Assembly (NCBI GenBank): GCA_963744145.1
Contig: CAVUSO010000001.1
Span: forward strand, 4,256,001-4,320,000
Direction of reading: 5' to 3'
Length of the DNA: 64,000 nt
Source of the DNA: an uncultured cyanobacterium
Lineage (GTDB): Bacteria > Cyanobacteriota > Cyanobacteriia > Cyanobacteriales > CAWUOF01
Below are positions 52,320 to 64,000 of this stretch, in pieces; the first letter of the stretch is position 1, and every line of letters begins with the position of its first letter. A program made the position numbers and the translations under genes. The notes under the pieces were generated by a model, which ran no database searches, was not told where the DNA came from, and saw nothing but the letters and a program-made list of their open reading frames with translations.

Positions 52320-54404
52320 TTAGGTCTGTGTAAGTTCTGCAATTGGCACAGACCGATACTTGACCGCAGCGATCGCTAAATCCCGCACTAGCTGTAATAA
52401 AGTTTCCTGACTATAAGCTCCTTTTTGGAGAATTTGCTGCACATAACCATTGAGAGACTCTTTTTCCGCATGAGATAGATCGATCGCTGTAATCACAATA
52501 ATTGGTAGCGATCGCCCGATTGGCATTTGTCGTAATTGTCTAATAAATTCAAACCCATCTACTTCTGGTAACATTAAATCTAACAAAATCAAATCTGGGG
52601 GATGAGCGACTACTTGCTCAAGTCCAATCCGACCATTTTCCGCCATGATTACTGTCCAACCAGCTTTTTCTAAAATTTTTCCTAACATCTGGCGAGTCAT
52701 AATATCATCTTCAACTACCAGAATTTGACTAGATTTTTCTTGTTCATATTTTTGCAATAAATTAGCTAATTGCTGATGATCAATTGGTTTGACCAAATAA
52801 TCGGTAGTCCCAATCGTAAAACCCGTATTTTTATCATCAACAAATGTCAACAAAATCACTGGTACATCAGCCAATTTTGGATCAGCTTTCAAAGCTAATA
52901 AAACTTCCCAACTATTCATCTCCGGAATCAACACATCTAAAATAATTACATCCGGATGACAAGTTTGCGCTAACTCTAATCCAGTCTGAGCAGTTGTCGC
53001 ACTTTCAATTTTAAATCCTTCCTGCTGTAAATGCTGGGAAATTAAAGCGTGAACTGCTGGATCATCATCGATGAGTAATAGCACTTTTTGATCAATAATC
53101 TGCTCAGATAGATGATCATTTTTGCTAGTTAATGGCTGATCTGGAAATTGATGATTTTCTGGTTCTTGCATATTTTTCTGATTGACGATCGCGGGGAGAC
53201 GAATAATAAAAGTAGATCCTACTCCTACTTCGCTATTAACCGTAATATCCCCACCCATCATCTGACAAAATTTCTTGGTGATCGTTAAACCCAAACCAGT
53301 ACCACCATATTTGCGAGTGGTGCTAGCATCTGCTTGGGTAAAAGCTTCAAATACAGATTTGATCTGTTCTGAATTCATCCCAATCCCCGAATCAGTAACT
53401 CGAAAAGTTAAGATCGAACTATCCAGAGTTTTACTTGCATCTTCCTCTTGTTCAGGTTTGACTTCTAAAATAATTATTCCCGCTTGGGTAAATTTAGCAG
53501 CATTACTGAGCAGATTAAATAGAGATTGTCTAATCTTAGTCGGATCAGAATACATTGGGCCAATATTTTCCGCACAAATAACCTGCAATTCATTACCTTT
53601 ATTTTCAATTAATGGCTGGATCGTCGATACGACTTCCGCAATTAAACTCGGTACATCAAAAGTTGTTAAGTCTAATTCCATCCGACCAGCTTCAATTTTA
53701 GAAAAATCCAGAATATCATTAATTAAAGACAGCAGATGCTTACCAGCTACATAGATGTTTTTCAGATCACCAACCAAGTCTTCTGCACCAGTTGCTTGGG
53801 CATCTTCTTGGAGTAATTCACTATAACCAATAATCGCATTTAATGGTGTCCTTAATTCATGGCTAATATTTGCCAAAAATTGACTTTTAGCCCGATTTGC
53901 TGTTTCTGCTGCTTCTTTTTGCTCTTGGACTAAATTATTCGCGATCGCTAACAGTTGAGCTTGACCTAACTGGAGCATATGAAAATCCAATAACTCAAAA
54001 TGCCCATCCTCAAATTCAATAATAATCGGCTCATAAACCAATTCGAGCGGACGATTTAACGCGATTTGCGCCGCAGTATGGATGGGACAAGATGCGGATA
54101 ATACCAGATGTTCTATTGGTAAAGAAGCGTTATTTTTAATGACATTTAATAAAACTTGGATCGGGCGTTTTAAATAAAGTTCTAAACTATAGGGTCTACT
54201 CATCCATGTGAGGAATTTTGCCCGAGAAATCATGCCTAACATTTGGGAGCCCTCAGCAACAATTACTCCTGGTAAACCTAAATGACGTTCAAATTCAGTG
54301 ACAACAATTCGTCCTAAAGTTGCCGAACTAATTTGAAAATTATGAGAAGGGAAATCTCCTAATTTAGAATCAAGGTTTAAAGGTGGTAAGTTGACATCTA
54401 GCAC
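52320..54404 (-). CDS. Hybrid histidine kinase (CBS-like N-terminus, HisKA, HATPase, two receivers)
   Basis: [32 protein letters not shown], two receiver domains. Confidence 0.92.
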   Translation of the reverse strand: MLDVNLPPLNLDSKLGDFPSHNFQISSATLGRIVVTEFERHLGLPGVIVAEGSQMLGMISRAKFLTWMSRPYSLELYLKRPIQVLLNVIKNNASLPIEHLVLSASCPIHTAAQIALNRPLELVYEPIIIEFEDGHFELLDFHMLQLGQAQLLAIANNLVQEQKEAAETANRAKSQFLANISHELRTPLNAIIGYSELLQEDAQATGAEDLVGDLKNIYVAGKHLLSLINDILDFSKIEAGRMELDLTTFDVPSLIAEVVSTIQPLIENKGNELQVICAENIGPMYSDPTKIRQSLFNLLSNAAKFTQAGIIILEVKPEQEEDASKTLDSSILTFRVTDSGIGMNSEQIKSVFEAFTQADASTTRKYGGTGLGLTITKKFCQMMGGDITVNSEVGVGSTFIIRLPAIVNQKNMQEPENHQFPDQPLTSKNDHLSEQIIDQKVLLLIDDDPAVHALISQHLQQEGFKIESATTAQTGLELAQTCHPDVIILDVLIPEMNSWEVLLALKADPKLADVPVILLTFVDDKNTGFTIGTTDYLVKPIDHQQLANLLQKYEQEKSSQILVVEDDIMTRQMLGKILEKAGWTVIMAENGRIGLEQVVAHPPDLILLDLMLPEVDGFEFIRQLRQMPIGRSLPIIVITAIDLSHAEKESLNGYVQQILQKGAYSQETLLQLVRDLAIAAVKYRSVPIAELTQT

Positions 54405-54550
54405 AATTATTCTCTGGTGCCTAAAATTAAAGTTAAACAGTTATGGCAATTTTCGAGTAGATGAAGAAAAACTTAGTCGTTCTGAGTGACAGCCCCTGAT
54501 TGGTGGTTTGCTCGTAAATGATAATTGAGCAGGTATTTTATACTTTTCCA

Positions 54551-55627
54551 CTAAAGTGTTAGAGTTTCCGTATTTTTTTTAGCAATTAGCAGATAAGTAG
54601 TCATTTCCCCCTTACCTTTAATGGGAATCGGTCCGCGTTGTTCTAACAAATAAGAATTACATAATCGGTCATAGGTGGTTTGGGTCACCTGAATAGCTCC
54701 AGCAATACCGTGAGATTCCATCCGACTAGCAATATTAACCGTGTCACCCCAGAGATCATAGATAAACTTATTCGTACCAATTACTCCTGCAACTACTGGT
54801 CCAGTATGAATTCCCATCCGCATTTTAAATAACTCTCCAGTTTTGGATTTAAATTGAGAAATTTCTTTTTGCATATCAATTGCCATATTTGCGACAGATT
54901 CTGCATGATCCTGACTTGGTGTGGGTAGACCACCGACTACCATATAAGCATCACCAATGGTTTTAATTTTTTCCAAACCATGTTTTTCCGCTAATCGATC
55001 AAAAGCCGAAAATATCTCATTGAGCCATTCTACTAATTCCGTTGGGGACATTCGCGTTGCCAACTTAGTAAAATCCACAATATCAGCAAACAAAACTGTC
55101 ACTTCCGCAAAGCTATCAGCAATTGTGGTTTGTTTTTGTTTAAGTCTTTCAGCAATTTGCTTAGGTAAGATACTCAGCAGCAAACGCTCAGAGTTTTCTT
55201 GTTCTATTTGCAATTTTTCTAAGTATGCTTGTTCCAAATCACGCAGCCTCTTTTTTTCTAAACTCGCTTCAATCCGAGCTTTGAGTAATATCGGATTAAA
55301 GGGTTTAGTTAAGTAGTCTTCTGCACCAAGTTCAATACATCTGACAATACTATCAATATCATCTAAGGCAGAAATTACAATCACCGGAATATGACGCAAA
55401 CTCGGATCAGCTTTCAACTGTTCAAGTACCTGATAGCCATTCATCCGTGGCATCATAATATCTAGAAAAACTAAATCAAAGGATGTAGCACGAATCATCT
55501 CCAGTGCTTCACAACCATCGACCGCCACAGCAACTGTATGACCTTGCCGTTGTAAACGTCGTCCGAGCAGGTCACGGTTAACCTCATTATCATCAACAAC
55601 CAGCACTGATGCCGGGGGGGGAGTCAT
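54551..55627 (-). CDS. Receiver - class III adenylate/guanylate cyclase
   Basis: Receiver; VLFADIVDFT, KIKTIGDAYM, YDLWGDTVNIASRMES. Confidence 0.95.
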   Translation of the reverse strand: MTPPPASVLVVDDNEVNRDLLGRRLQRQGHTVAVAVDGCEALEMIRATSFDLVFLDIMMPRMNGYQVLEQLKADPSLRHIPVIVISALDDIDSIVRCIELGAEDYLTKPFNPILLKARIEASLEKKRLRDLEQAYLEKLQIEQENSERLLLSILPKQIAERLKQKQTTIADSFAEVTVLFADIVDFTKLATRMSPTELVEWLNEIFSAFDRLAEKHGLEKIKTIGDAYMVVGGLPTPSQDHAESVANMAIDMQKEISQFKSKTGELFKMRMGIHTGPVVAGVIGTNKFIYDLWGDTVNIASRMESHGIAGAIQVTQTTYDRLCNSYLLEQRGPIPIKGKGEMTTYLLIAKKNTETLTL

Positions 55628-56001
55628 CGATTAACCTCTTTGTCCAGCAGAGCTTCGATTTTCGACAATAGTCGAGTAAATTCCACAGGTTTAGTATCGT
55701 AATCGTCACAACCAGCAGCCAAGCATTTTTCCCGATCGCCAGCGATCGCGTGAGCTGTCAGAGCAATAATCGGAATCAATTTGGTCGTCGGTGATGCTTT
55801 AATCTGCTCTGTAGCTTGCCACCCATCTAGGACTGGTAGTCCCATATCCATCAAAATTAAATCGGGGATTTCTGACAGGGCGATCGCCACTCCTTGGCTA
55901 CCATCTATGGCCATGATTACTTGGTATCCCTTGCGCTGAAGACGCCGTGACAGCATATCCCGATTCATTTCGTTATCTTCTACCAACAATATTTTAGGCA
56001 T
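55624..56001 (-). CDS. Single-domain response regulator (DivK-like)
   Basis: ILLVEDN, LILMD, ALTAHA, KP. Confidence 0.95.
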   Translation of the reverse strand: MPKILLVEDNEMNRDMLSRRLQRKGYQVIMAIDGSQGVAIALSEIPDLILMDMGLPVLDGWQATEQIKASPTTKLIPIIALTAHAIAGDREKCLAAGCDDYDTKPVEFTRLLSKIEALLDKEVNR

Positions 56002-56330
56002 AAATTTCCTTCGCTTAGTAACCGTGGATTACGCCTGCCCAGGGAGTTGGGCCAAGGTACTCTAAGCAAGATAAAGGATGAAAGATAAATAATAAAAAAT
56101 GAATCAAATTCATCATTAGTAATTGGTGACTGTTTAATTGGTGATAGCGACTGTTTAGATCATTCTGTGGTTTGCTAAACTTAGCACTCTTTAAATATAT
56201 CTTGTTGCCTTTGAGTTGACGGCTTTAATTCCTGCCCTGATCTATTCCTGTCTTGGCTTGACCAGGAATTCTGGTCAATACTAGATCATGAACTTCTGGC
56301 AACAAAATATCCTGACTTGTGGTTCCTTGG

Positions 56331-59327
56331 CTAAGATTTGGTTGACATCACCTCATCTTCGACCAGCAGAATTTGTCCAACCCGACCAATTCTATATTTA
56401 TTTAATAATGCTGTCAGCCGTTTAGTATCAATCGGTTTCACCAAGTAGTCAGAAGCACCAAGGGCAAAACCAGTATTCTTCTCATCCATAAAAGTTAGCA
56501 AGATTACAGGCACATCGGCTAGCTCGGGATCTCCTTTTAGTGCTGATAAAACTTCCCAACCGTTCATCCCTGGTAAGAGTACATCTAGCAAAATCACATC
56601 GGGACTTCTCTCTTTGGCCATTTGTAACCCACTCACCCCATTGTCCGCATGGGCAATTTCCAACCCGGTTTTCCCTAAACGACGCTTCAATAAATCGTGA
56701 ATTGCAGGATCGTCATCTATTACCAATATTAAACCTGGTTTCAAAATTCCAGTGCCCATATGGTCGGGTTCTTCTAAATCAAGCGGATTTTGGGTCAAAA
56801 TCTCTGGTGGTGGGGCCAAAGTGACTTGTCGTGGTAGACTGATGGTAAAAGTAGAGCCAATCCCGATCGCACTGGTGACGCTAATATCACCACCCATCAT
56901 CAGGCAAAATTTCTTGGTAATAGCTAGACCCAAACCAGTCCCACCATATTGGCGAGTTGTACTAGGATCGGCTTGAATAAAAGCATCAAATATGCCTTCT
57001 ATCTGTCCCGTGGTCATCCCAATCCCATTATCGGTAACCTCAAAAATGATCAAATCATCGATTTTTTGACTGAGTTGGCGATCGCTGTCAGTTTGATTTG
57101 CTTGATTTGGTAGTTTTTCGGATGCAACAGCCTTAACTACTAGACTAATTTTACCTTTTTCGGTAAATTTGGCAGCGTTGCTGAGTAAATTTAGTAAAGC
57201 TTGACGAATTTTAGTTTGATCTGCATACATTATGCCAATATCGTCAGGACAATTAATTTCTAAAATATTGTCTTTTTTTTCAATCATTGGCATGATTGTA
57301 CTCTGGACTTCAAAGATTAATTTTGATAGATCAATTTTTTCTAAATAAAGCTCCATCCGTCCAGCTTCAATTTTCGAGATATCTAAGATATCATTAATTA
57401 AAGTCAGTAAATGTTTTCCCGCGGCTTGAATTTTGCTTAAATCAGAGACAATATCATCATAGCCAAATTCTAATACTTCCTCTTGTAGCATTTCACTATA
57501 GCCAATAATCGCATTTAAAGGTGTTCTTAGTTCATGGCTCATATTTGCCAAAAATTGGCTTTTAGCGCGATTAGCAGATTCAGCCAGTTCTTTAGCTTGT
57601 TGTAATTCTTGCTGCGATCGCTTATTCAGCGTAATATCACGGAATGTGCCCGTATAAAAAGATTCTTTACCTAATTTCGCTTCTGCTATACTTACTTCCA
57701 TCGGGAAAGTTGAACCATCTGCACGTTTACCCACCAGTTCCGTTGTTTGATTGATTGCGGTGAAAAAATCCTTGGGAGATTCCTGATTTTTCTCATTTGC
57801 AGATTCCGCGATTAAACAGGTAATCGGTTGACCAATAATCTCCCAGTCTCCATAGCCAAAAATTCTCGTTGCGGCTGGATTAAACGTATCGATTAACAAT
57901 TCTGGTTTAGAAAAAGTAATAATGCCATCCATCACATTCTTAATGATAGCATCAGTTCTGGTGACAGTTTTTTCTAAAGAATCCATCACTTGATTATAAC
58001 GAGCCGCAATCAGCCCAACTTCGGTAAAAGATTCTACCGGAACTCGCAAACTCAGGTCTTCTTTTTCCGATTGCATTTCCATCGCGGTACAGAGATTAAA
58101 TAGATCATTAGTAGCACCATGTTCAGTAATATTTAAACCAATCAATTCGTCAGCCGCAGTCACTCGCAAAGGTGAGAAACTATCAGTAATTTTCAGAATT
58201 AAATAACTAACGCCAAAAGACCATAAAAAACAAACCAATATTCCTAGCAATTGTACTTGTAATTGTTGCCAGTGAGTTAAATTTGTACCAAGTTGTTCTG
58301 ATTGACCAAAAATAGCAACTGCTAAAGTTCCCCAAATCCCTCCACCTAAATGAACTGGAATTGCTCCTACAGCATCATCAATTTGGAATTTTTCTAGACA
58401 TTTTTCCACTAATAGCATTACTATACTCGCGATCGCACCGATACATATCGCCCCACTCGATGTTACTGCATGACAATTAGCCGTAATCGCTACTAAACTA
58501 GCTAAAACACCACAAATCAGCAAATGTATATGATCTTGTTTCTTTCGACCCCATCCCCAAACTAAGATAGTCACTAACCCAGCTACCCCAGCTAAGACAG
58601 TATTAGTAATTATTTGAGGAATAGTTGTATTAGCTGCTAAGGTACTACCTCCATTAAATCCAAACCAACCAAACCACAATAACATGGTGCCTAATATCGC
58701 TAAAGGTAAATTCCCACCAGCAATTTTTTGGGATAACCCATGAGCCAGAAAACGTCCAGTCCTTGGACCGATCACCAGCACTGCGGCTAAAGATACCCAT
58801 CCTCCCACACTGTGAACTACACTCGAACCAGCAAAATCGACAAATCCTTTTGACCCTAACCAACCTGTTAATAATCCTGTATCATGACCATGCCAAACCC
58901 AATGACCAAAAATCGGGTAAATCAAACCAGAAATTATCGCAGTAACAATAATATAACTGTGAAAACGCATTCGTTCGGCTACAGCACCGGACAGAATGGT
59001 GACTGTGGTGGAACAGAACATCGCTTCAAATAAAAAAAACACTGCTAACCAGTTATTCCCATTTTGATCGTGACTAAACCCAAGGTTGGGCATAAACCCA
59101 CTAGTCCCAATCCAACCACTAGCGGAATTACCAAACATTAAGGCAAATCCAAACATCCAAAATAAAATAATTGATACACCAAAATCAGTCAGGTTTTTAA
59201 TCGCGACATTGATATTATTTTTACTGCGAGTTAGCCCCGATTCTAGACAGACAAACCCAGCTTGCATCATAAATACAGCACAGGCGCTAATTGTAACCCA
59301 AAGTAGATCTAGCAGTGATTTTTCCAT
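56331..59327 (-). CDS. Ammonium transporter (Amt) - PAS - histidine kinase - receiver fusion
   Basis: MQAGF.CLESG, SGAVAER, DFAGSSVVH, WFGWFGFNGGS, DDAVGAIPVH; PAS (RADGSTFP..RDIT); SHELRTPLN; receiver. Confidence 0.92.
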   Translation of the reverse strand: MEKSLLDLLWVTISACAVFMMQAGFVCLESGLTRSKNNINVAIKNLTDFGVSIILFWMFGFALMFGNSASGWIGTSGFMPNLGFSHDQNGNNWLAVFFLFEAMFCSTTVTILSGAVAERMRFHSYIIVTAIISGLIYPIFGHWVWHGHDTGLLTGWLGSKGFVDFAGSSVVHSVGGWVSLAAVLVIGPRTGRFLAHGLSQKIAGGNLPLAILGTMLLWFGWFGFNGGSTLAANTTIPQIITNTVLAGVAGLVTILVWGWGRKKQDHIHLLICGVLASLVAITANCHAVTSSGAICIGAIASIVMLLVEKCLEKFQIDDAVGAIPVHLGGGIWGTLAVAIFGQSEQLGTNLTHWQQLQVQLLGILVCFLWSFGVSYLILKITDSFSPLRVTAADELIGLNITEHGATNDLFNLCTAMEMQSEKEDLSLRVPVESFTEVGLIAARYNQVMDSLEKTVTRTDAIIKNVMDGIITFSKPELLIDTFNPAATRIFGYGDWEIIGQPITCLIAESANEKNQESPKDFFTAINQTTELVGKRADGSTFPMEVSIAEAKLGKESFYTGTFRDITLNKRSQQELQQAKELAESANRAKSQFLANMSHELRTPLNAIIGYSEMLQEEVLEFGYDDIVSDLSKIQAAGKHLLTLINDILDISKIEAGRMELYLEKIDLSKLIFEVQSTIMPMIEKKDNILEINCPDDIGIMYADQTKIRQALLNLLSNAAKFTEKGKISLVVKAVASEKLPNQANQTDSDRQLSQKIDDLIIFEVTDNGIGMTTGQIEGIFDAFIQADPSTTRQYGGTGLGLAITKKFCLMMGGDISVTSAIGIGSTFTISLPRQVTLAPPPEILTQNPLDLEEPDHMGTGILKPGLILVIDDDPAIHDLLKRRLGKTGLEIAHADNGVSGLQMAKERSPDVILLDVLLPGMNGWEVLSALKGDPELADVPVILLTFMDEKNTGFALGASDYLVKPIDTKRLTALLNKYRIGRVGQILLVEDEVMSTKS

Positions 59328-59395
59328 GACTGATCACATCTAAATTGTCTAGCTGAATTTTTCTCTATGGGAGAAATTTTTTCCTGATTATGGTT

Positions 59396-59654
59396 CAATA
59401 AGGTTCAGTTAAGAATTTTTTTTTGGATATCCGGGCGAAAAACCGGGCGAAGCATTCGGATCTAAGATTAATGGATTTAAGTGATAAATTATCGCCCGAA
59501 TGCTTCGCCCCTACTGGGATTGTGCCCCATATTTATTCAGATATCCGGGCGAAAAATCGGGCGAAGCATTCGGATCTAAGATTAACGATTTAAGTGATAA
59601 ATTATCGCCCGAATGCTTCGCCCCTACTGGGATTGTGCCCCATATTCATTCAGA
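59396..59654. repeat. MITE end followed by two tandem 114-bp REP-like hairpin units
   Basis: CAATAAGGTTCAGTTAAG then two copies of GGGCGAAGCATTCGG...CCGAATGCTTCGCCCCTAC. Confidence 0.8.
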
Positions 59655-59840
59655 TCAATTAATCAATCTAGCAAATGCACACCTAGCTTACTGAGTATTA
59701 ATTTTAATTATCAAAAAATAAATGGCCCAAAGGTATTTCCCATTGTAGCCTGGTTTTTCGATTACATATTGCCTATATTACCTGATTTTTTTCCTAAATA
59801 TTGACAGAAAATTTCCGATCGGCTAGGTAATTTTCCCCAA

Positions 59841-60849
59841 CTAATTAAGTAAATCTAAGCGGGGATTAAAGGTTTCAATTTGACGAAGTTTTTCATACAG
59901 TTCTTTTTCCTCGGGACTAGGGTCAGGAGGAGCAACGATTTGGATTTCTACCAACTGATCACCCCGATCGCCAGTTCCGTTAGGATAACCTTTACCAGCT
60001 AAACGCAATTTTTGTCCAGAAGTAACTCCAGGAGGAACTTTCATATTGACTAACCCATCAAGGGTAGGTACGGAAATTTTCCCACCTAAAACTGCTTCAC
60101 TGGGAGTAATGGGTAATTCACAATAAATATCTGTACCTTCGACCCGAAAGAAGGGATGGGAAGCTACGGTAATTTTTAAATATAAATCTCCCCCATCAAT
60201 ACCTTGACCTTTCAACCGGATGCGCTGACCAGTTATCATTGCTGGGGGCATGGTTACTTCTAAAGTGCGTCCATCTTCTAGTCGAATCCGTTCGTATCCT
60301 CCTTGATAAGCTTTATCAAGAGGTAAAGTTAGTCTTGCTTCTATGTCTTTACGATTAGAACGAGAAGTAACAGTATAAGCTGTTTTTGTCGTACCCGGTC
60401 GAAACGGATCAGTGGAATTAGTTCTGGCACTTTTTGTGGTACTATTAGCAGTGCTAACATGGGCTTCTTCACAACGTTCCTAACAGGGTATCAACAAAAG
60501 CATTAAAGTCAGGATAATCATCAAACTTAATTTCTTCTGTACTAGTACGACTGTTGGCACTTCGATTATCCCAGGTTCTGGCACCTGATGTTTTCACCGT
60601 AGTTTTGCCTTGAAATCCTCTTTGCTTCCAAAATTTACTAAATTCGTCATATTGGGCTCTTTTATTTAGATCGGAAAGCACTTCATAAGCTTCACCAATA
60701 TCTTTAAATTTTTCTTCAGCAGATTTATTACCAGGATTTAAGTCAGGGTGATATTGTCGCGCTAGTCGGCGATAAACTTTTTTGATTTCTTCAATAGTTG
60801 CATCTTTAGATACTCCGAGAATATCGTAATAGTTCCGAAAATTCTGCAT
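59841..60849 (-). CDS. dnaJ: DnaJ-class chaperone (CbpA type, no Zn finger); +1 frameshift near 60477
   Basis: J-domain HPD; removing one A in GGA-A-CGT restores the frame through [17 protein letters not shown] to the C-terminal ORF. Confidence 0.88.
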
Positions 60850-60997
60850 AATTATTGGTAATAACTTATTCTGAATGGATGTTTTTTTTTCAAGTATATA
60901 AAAGTGAAGAGTGAGTCAGAAAAAAGAGCAGTTGCTACTTATGATTTGTTCACTCTGCACTATTGATCAGGGATAATCGGGGCAGATTGTTTAGAGT

Positions 60998-63025
60998 TTA
61001 AATCCAATCATCGTCATCTTCCTCATCCCAATTATCACTTTGATTCATTGATCTGCGTCCCTCAACTCGACGGGAACGACTAGCACTGATTCGGTCAGAA
61101 GAACGTCTTTCTCTGGGAGAACGATTTTCTTTATTAGTAGTCCCTTCTCGAATACTGCTAAAGGTCCGACGAAAAGACTCAAATAAGTCATCATCATCAT
61201 CATCTTCACGGGAATATTGGTAGATTTCACGATTGAGTTCATAAATTGCATCTTGCAGATCAGCTCCAGTGCGGTCAATGATGCGTTCATCATTGGTAGC
61301 TAGAGCATCTCGCAACTCACGAACCAAGTTTTCAATCCGCGATCGCAACCCTTGAGCAAAAGGCATACCATAATCTAGTACCACTTCGCGCAGTTGTCTT
61401 TCAGCTTGATATGCTAAAGCTTCAGCGCGATTGCGTTTTTCAATCTGTTCTCGTTGGAGCCGATCGGTTTGGGCAAATTTTTCTGCATCTTGGATCATCC
61501 GACTCACTTCTCCTTGAGAAAGAGTCGAAGCTCCTTGAATCGTAATCCCCTGTTCTCTTCCCGTGGTTCTTTCTAAAGCCGTCACCTGTAAAATCCCGTT
61601 AGCATCAATATCAAACGATACCTGAATTTGGGGTATACCGCGTGGAGCTGGGGGAATACCAGTCAGTTTAAACCGTCCGAGGGACTTATTATCAGTTGCC
61701 ATTTCCCGTTCACCTTGGAGAACGTGAATTTCGACCAAGGTTTGGTTATTTTCTGCGGTGGAAAAGGTATCGGAACGACGCACGGGAATTGTGGTATTGC
61801 GAGGGATGAGTTTTTTCAGGACACCACCGATGGTTTCTAAACCCAAGGATAGGGGAGTCACATCTAAGAGCAAAATATCCTTTACCTCACCCCCTAAAAT
61901 TCCCGCTTGAATGGCTGCACCAACCGCAACTACTTCATCAGGATTAACATTTTCGTTAGGTTCTTTATCAATTAAACTGCGGACTAGCTGTTTGACTAGG
62001 GGAATCCGAGTCGAACCACCCACTAAAACTACTTCGTCAATTTGGGATGAACGGAGATTGGCATCACTTAGGGCCCGTTTGACTGGCGATCGCAAACGAC
62101 TAATCAAATCACCACATAAACCTTCAAACTGCGCTCGAGTCAGACGAGTTTCGATATGTTTTGGCCCATCTTCTGTGGCCGTAATAAAGGGTAAATTAAT
62201 TTCCGTGACAGTTACCCCGGACAGTTCAATTTTCGCCTTTTCCGCAGCTTCCATGAGTCTTTGTAAAGCTTGGCGATCGCGACGTAAATCTACCCCTTCA
62301 GCTTCGAGAAAAGCATCTGCTAACCAATCAACGATTTTTTTATCAAAATCATTACCACCGAGTTGGGTATCACCACTGGTGGCTTTAACTTCAAATACAC
62401 CATCACCGACTTCTAGGATGGAAACATCAAACGTCCCACCACCTAAATCAAACACCAAAATTGTTTGATGATCTTGCCGATCTAGTCCATATGCTAATGC
62501 TGCTGCGGTTGGTTCATTGAGAATCCGCTTTACTTCCAGCCCAGCAATACTACCTGCATCTCTAGTCGCTTGTCGCTGTGAGTCATTAAAATAGGCAGGT
62601 ACGGTAATTACGGCACCAGTGATTGGTTGTCCCAGATAACGACTAGCTTCTTCAGCTAATTTTCGCAGCACCATCGCGGATATTTCTTCTGGGGCGAAAT
62701 CTTTTTTGAGCCGGGGACACTTGATTTTAATGTTGGCGTTTTCATCACGAGCGACGGTGTAGGGAATTCGTTTCGACTCCGGGTTGAGTTCAGCGTATTT
62801 ACGACCGATAAACCGTTTGACTGCATAAAAGGTATTTTGAGGATTGAGTACAGCTTGCCGTCTCGCCATTTGTCCGACTAGACGTTCCCCTTCTTTACTG
62901 AAGCCTACTACAGAGGGAGTTGTCCGCATTCCTTCTGCATTGGCGATCACAACTGGTTTCCCGCCTTCCATGACGGCTACTACTGAGTTAGTTGTACCCA
63001 GATCAATGCCGACTACTTTGCCCAT
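60998..63025 (-). CDS. dnaK: Molecular chaperone DnaK (paralogue with acidic DDDW tail)
   Basis: [35 protein letters not shown]. Confidence 0.98.
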   Translation of the reverse strand: MGKVVGIDLGTTNSVVAVMEGGKPVVIANAEGMRTTPSVVGFSKEGERLVGQMARRQAVLNPQNTFYAVKRFIGRKYAELNPESKRIPYTVARDENANIKIKCPRLKKDFAPEEISAMVLRKLAEEASRYLGQPITGAVITVPAYFNDSQRQATRDAGSIAGLEVKRILNEPTAAALAYGLDRQDHQTILVFDLGGGTFDVSILEVGDGVFEVKATSGDTQLGGNDFDKKIVDWLADAFLEAEGVDLRRDRQALQRLMEAAEKAKIELSGVTVTEINLPFITATEDGPKHIETRLTRAQFEGLCGDLISRLRSPVKRALSDANLRSSQIDEVVLVGGSTRIPLVKQLVRSLIDKEPNENVNPDEVVAVGAAIQAGILGGEVKDILLLDVTPLSLGLETIGGVLKKLIPRNTTIPVRRSDTFSTAENNQTLVEIHVLQGEREMATDNKSLGRFKLTGIPPAPRGIPQIQVSFDIDANGILQVTALERTTGREQGITIQGASTLSQGEVSRMIQDAEKFAQTDRLQREQIEKRNRAEALAYQAERQLREVVLDYGMPFAQGLRSRIENLVRELRDALATNDERIIDRTGADLQDAIYELNREIYQYSREDDDDDDLFESFRRTFSSIREGTTNKENRSPRERRSSDRISASRSRRVEGRRSMNQSDNWDEEDDDDWI

Positions 63026-63305
63026 GCTTTGCGGTTCTCCTCGCGTCTATTGTCACTTAATTTTGAGAACATTTTCTTTATTTATTGTATCTTGCTGCTA
63101 AAGATCCACAATTACCGATCGCCACAGGGTTGACTTAACAGGGGGGAAATCCGTACTTATACCAGAAATTATGGCTTTGTTTCCTATAATTGAGGATATT
63201 TTCTTTGTTTCCCTGGTTTAATTTGATCAATCTAGAAGTTGGATAGCAAAATTCCTTAATTTGGGATTTTTGGTAACTATAATCTTAATTTCTTTAATAA
63301 GATTT

Positions 63306-63430
63306 TAGACCTCTTGCAAAAATAAATAGGACAGGCAAGATGCCTGTCCCACCAGAATCAATAACTTTTGTGGGACAGGCATCTTGCCTGTCAATAACAT
63401 AGATCAATAAGGACTTTTGCAAGAGGTCTA
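63306..63430. mobile_element. 125-bp MITE-like element with 16-bp TIRs and internal REP-like palindromes
   Basis: TAGACCTCTTGCAAAA / TTTTGCAAGAGGTCTA; internal GGACAGGCAAGATGCCTGTCC and its inverse. Confidence 0.75.
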
Positions 63431-63739
63431 TTACATTAAAATTTTAAAAAAAAATAGGGCGGAGGGTATTGGGGTTCGCCTTTCCATTCCCACCGTCCCG
63501 AGAGCCTAGCTACTGCTGATAAGCATATTTGGTGTTAGCAGCGTATGTTCTTTTTGTACTCTCTCTTGCTCCGATCGCGCAATCTGGAGTGTTGTCGGGG
63601 GTGAATTGATGTAGATCCACTCTCACCAAATCCTTGTCTCAAATTATAAATTTCTCAATTTAGCTCATTCCCTGCGGTGATGTAACGGAATGTAACTTAT
63701 AATGAGAACGAAAAAAAACTGAATGCTTGGGAAAGGTAA

Positions 63740-64000
<261 letters not shown>

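Noticed and set aside
59500..59804. Two MLRPYWD ORFs
   Set aside because: Translations of the duplicated REP-like unit

Overview
Cyanobacterial chromosomal segment; the HIP1 octamer GCGATCGC is abundant throughout. 1-4 kb: tandem Uma2 paralogues and a duplicated coiled-coil gene. 4-12.8 kb: an OmpR-family two-component pair with a Pro-repeat sensor, divergent from a compact uncharacterised operon (Spy/CpxP, stand-alone PqqD/RRE, ATP-grasp ligase, LysA-fold PLP decarboxylase, urea-transporter/M23-peptidase fusion). This operon is the best candidate for an undescribed system. 12.8-27 kb: an eroded defence/accessory island with TA remnants, a HipA-like kinase plus HIRAN pair, a caspase-NB-ARC-repeat NLR-like protein with a Trypco1 partner, and an ATPase-nuclease pseudogene; it shows collapsed colinear duplications and a cargo-carrying MITE. 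27-50 kb: mostly housekeeping or common genes (thiO-thiG, psb34, tRNA-Thr, SF1 helicase, PP2C, argH, PilB paralogue, S2P) plus an orphan single CRISPR repeat with leader and a 22-bp tandem array. 50.6-52.1 kb: a 405-bp non-coding tandem amplification. 52-59 kb: Amt-PAS-histidine kinase fusion, receiver, receiver-adenylate cyclase and a hybrid kinase, a putative ammonium-to-cyclic-nucleotide relay. The window ends with dnaJ, dnaK and pds. Several single-base frameshifts in otherwise intact genes may be assembly errors. All family calls are by motif recognition only; no searches were run.
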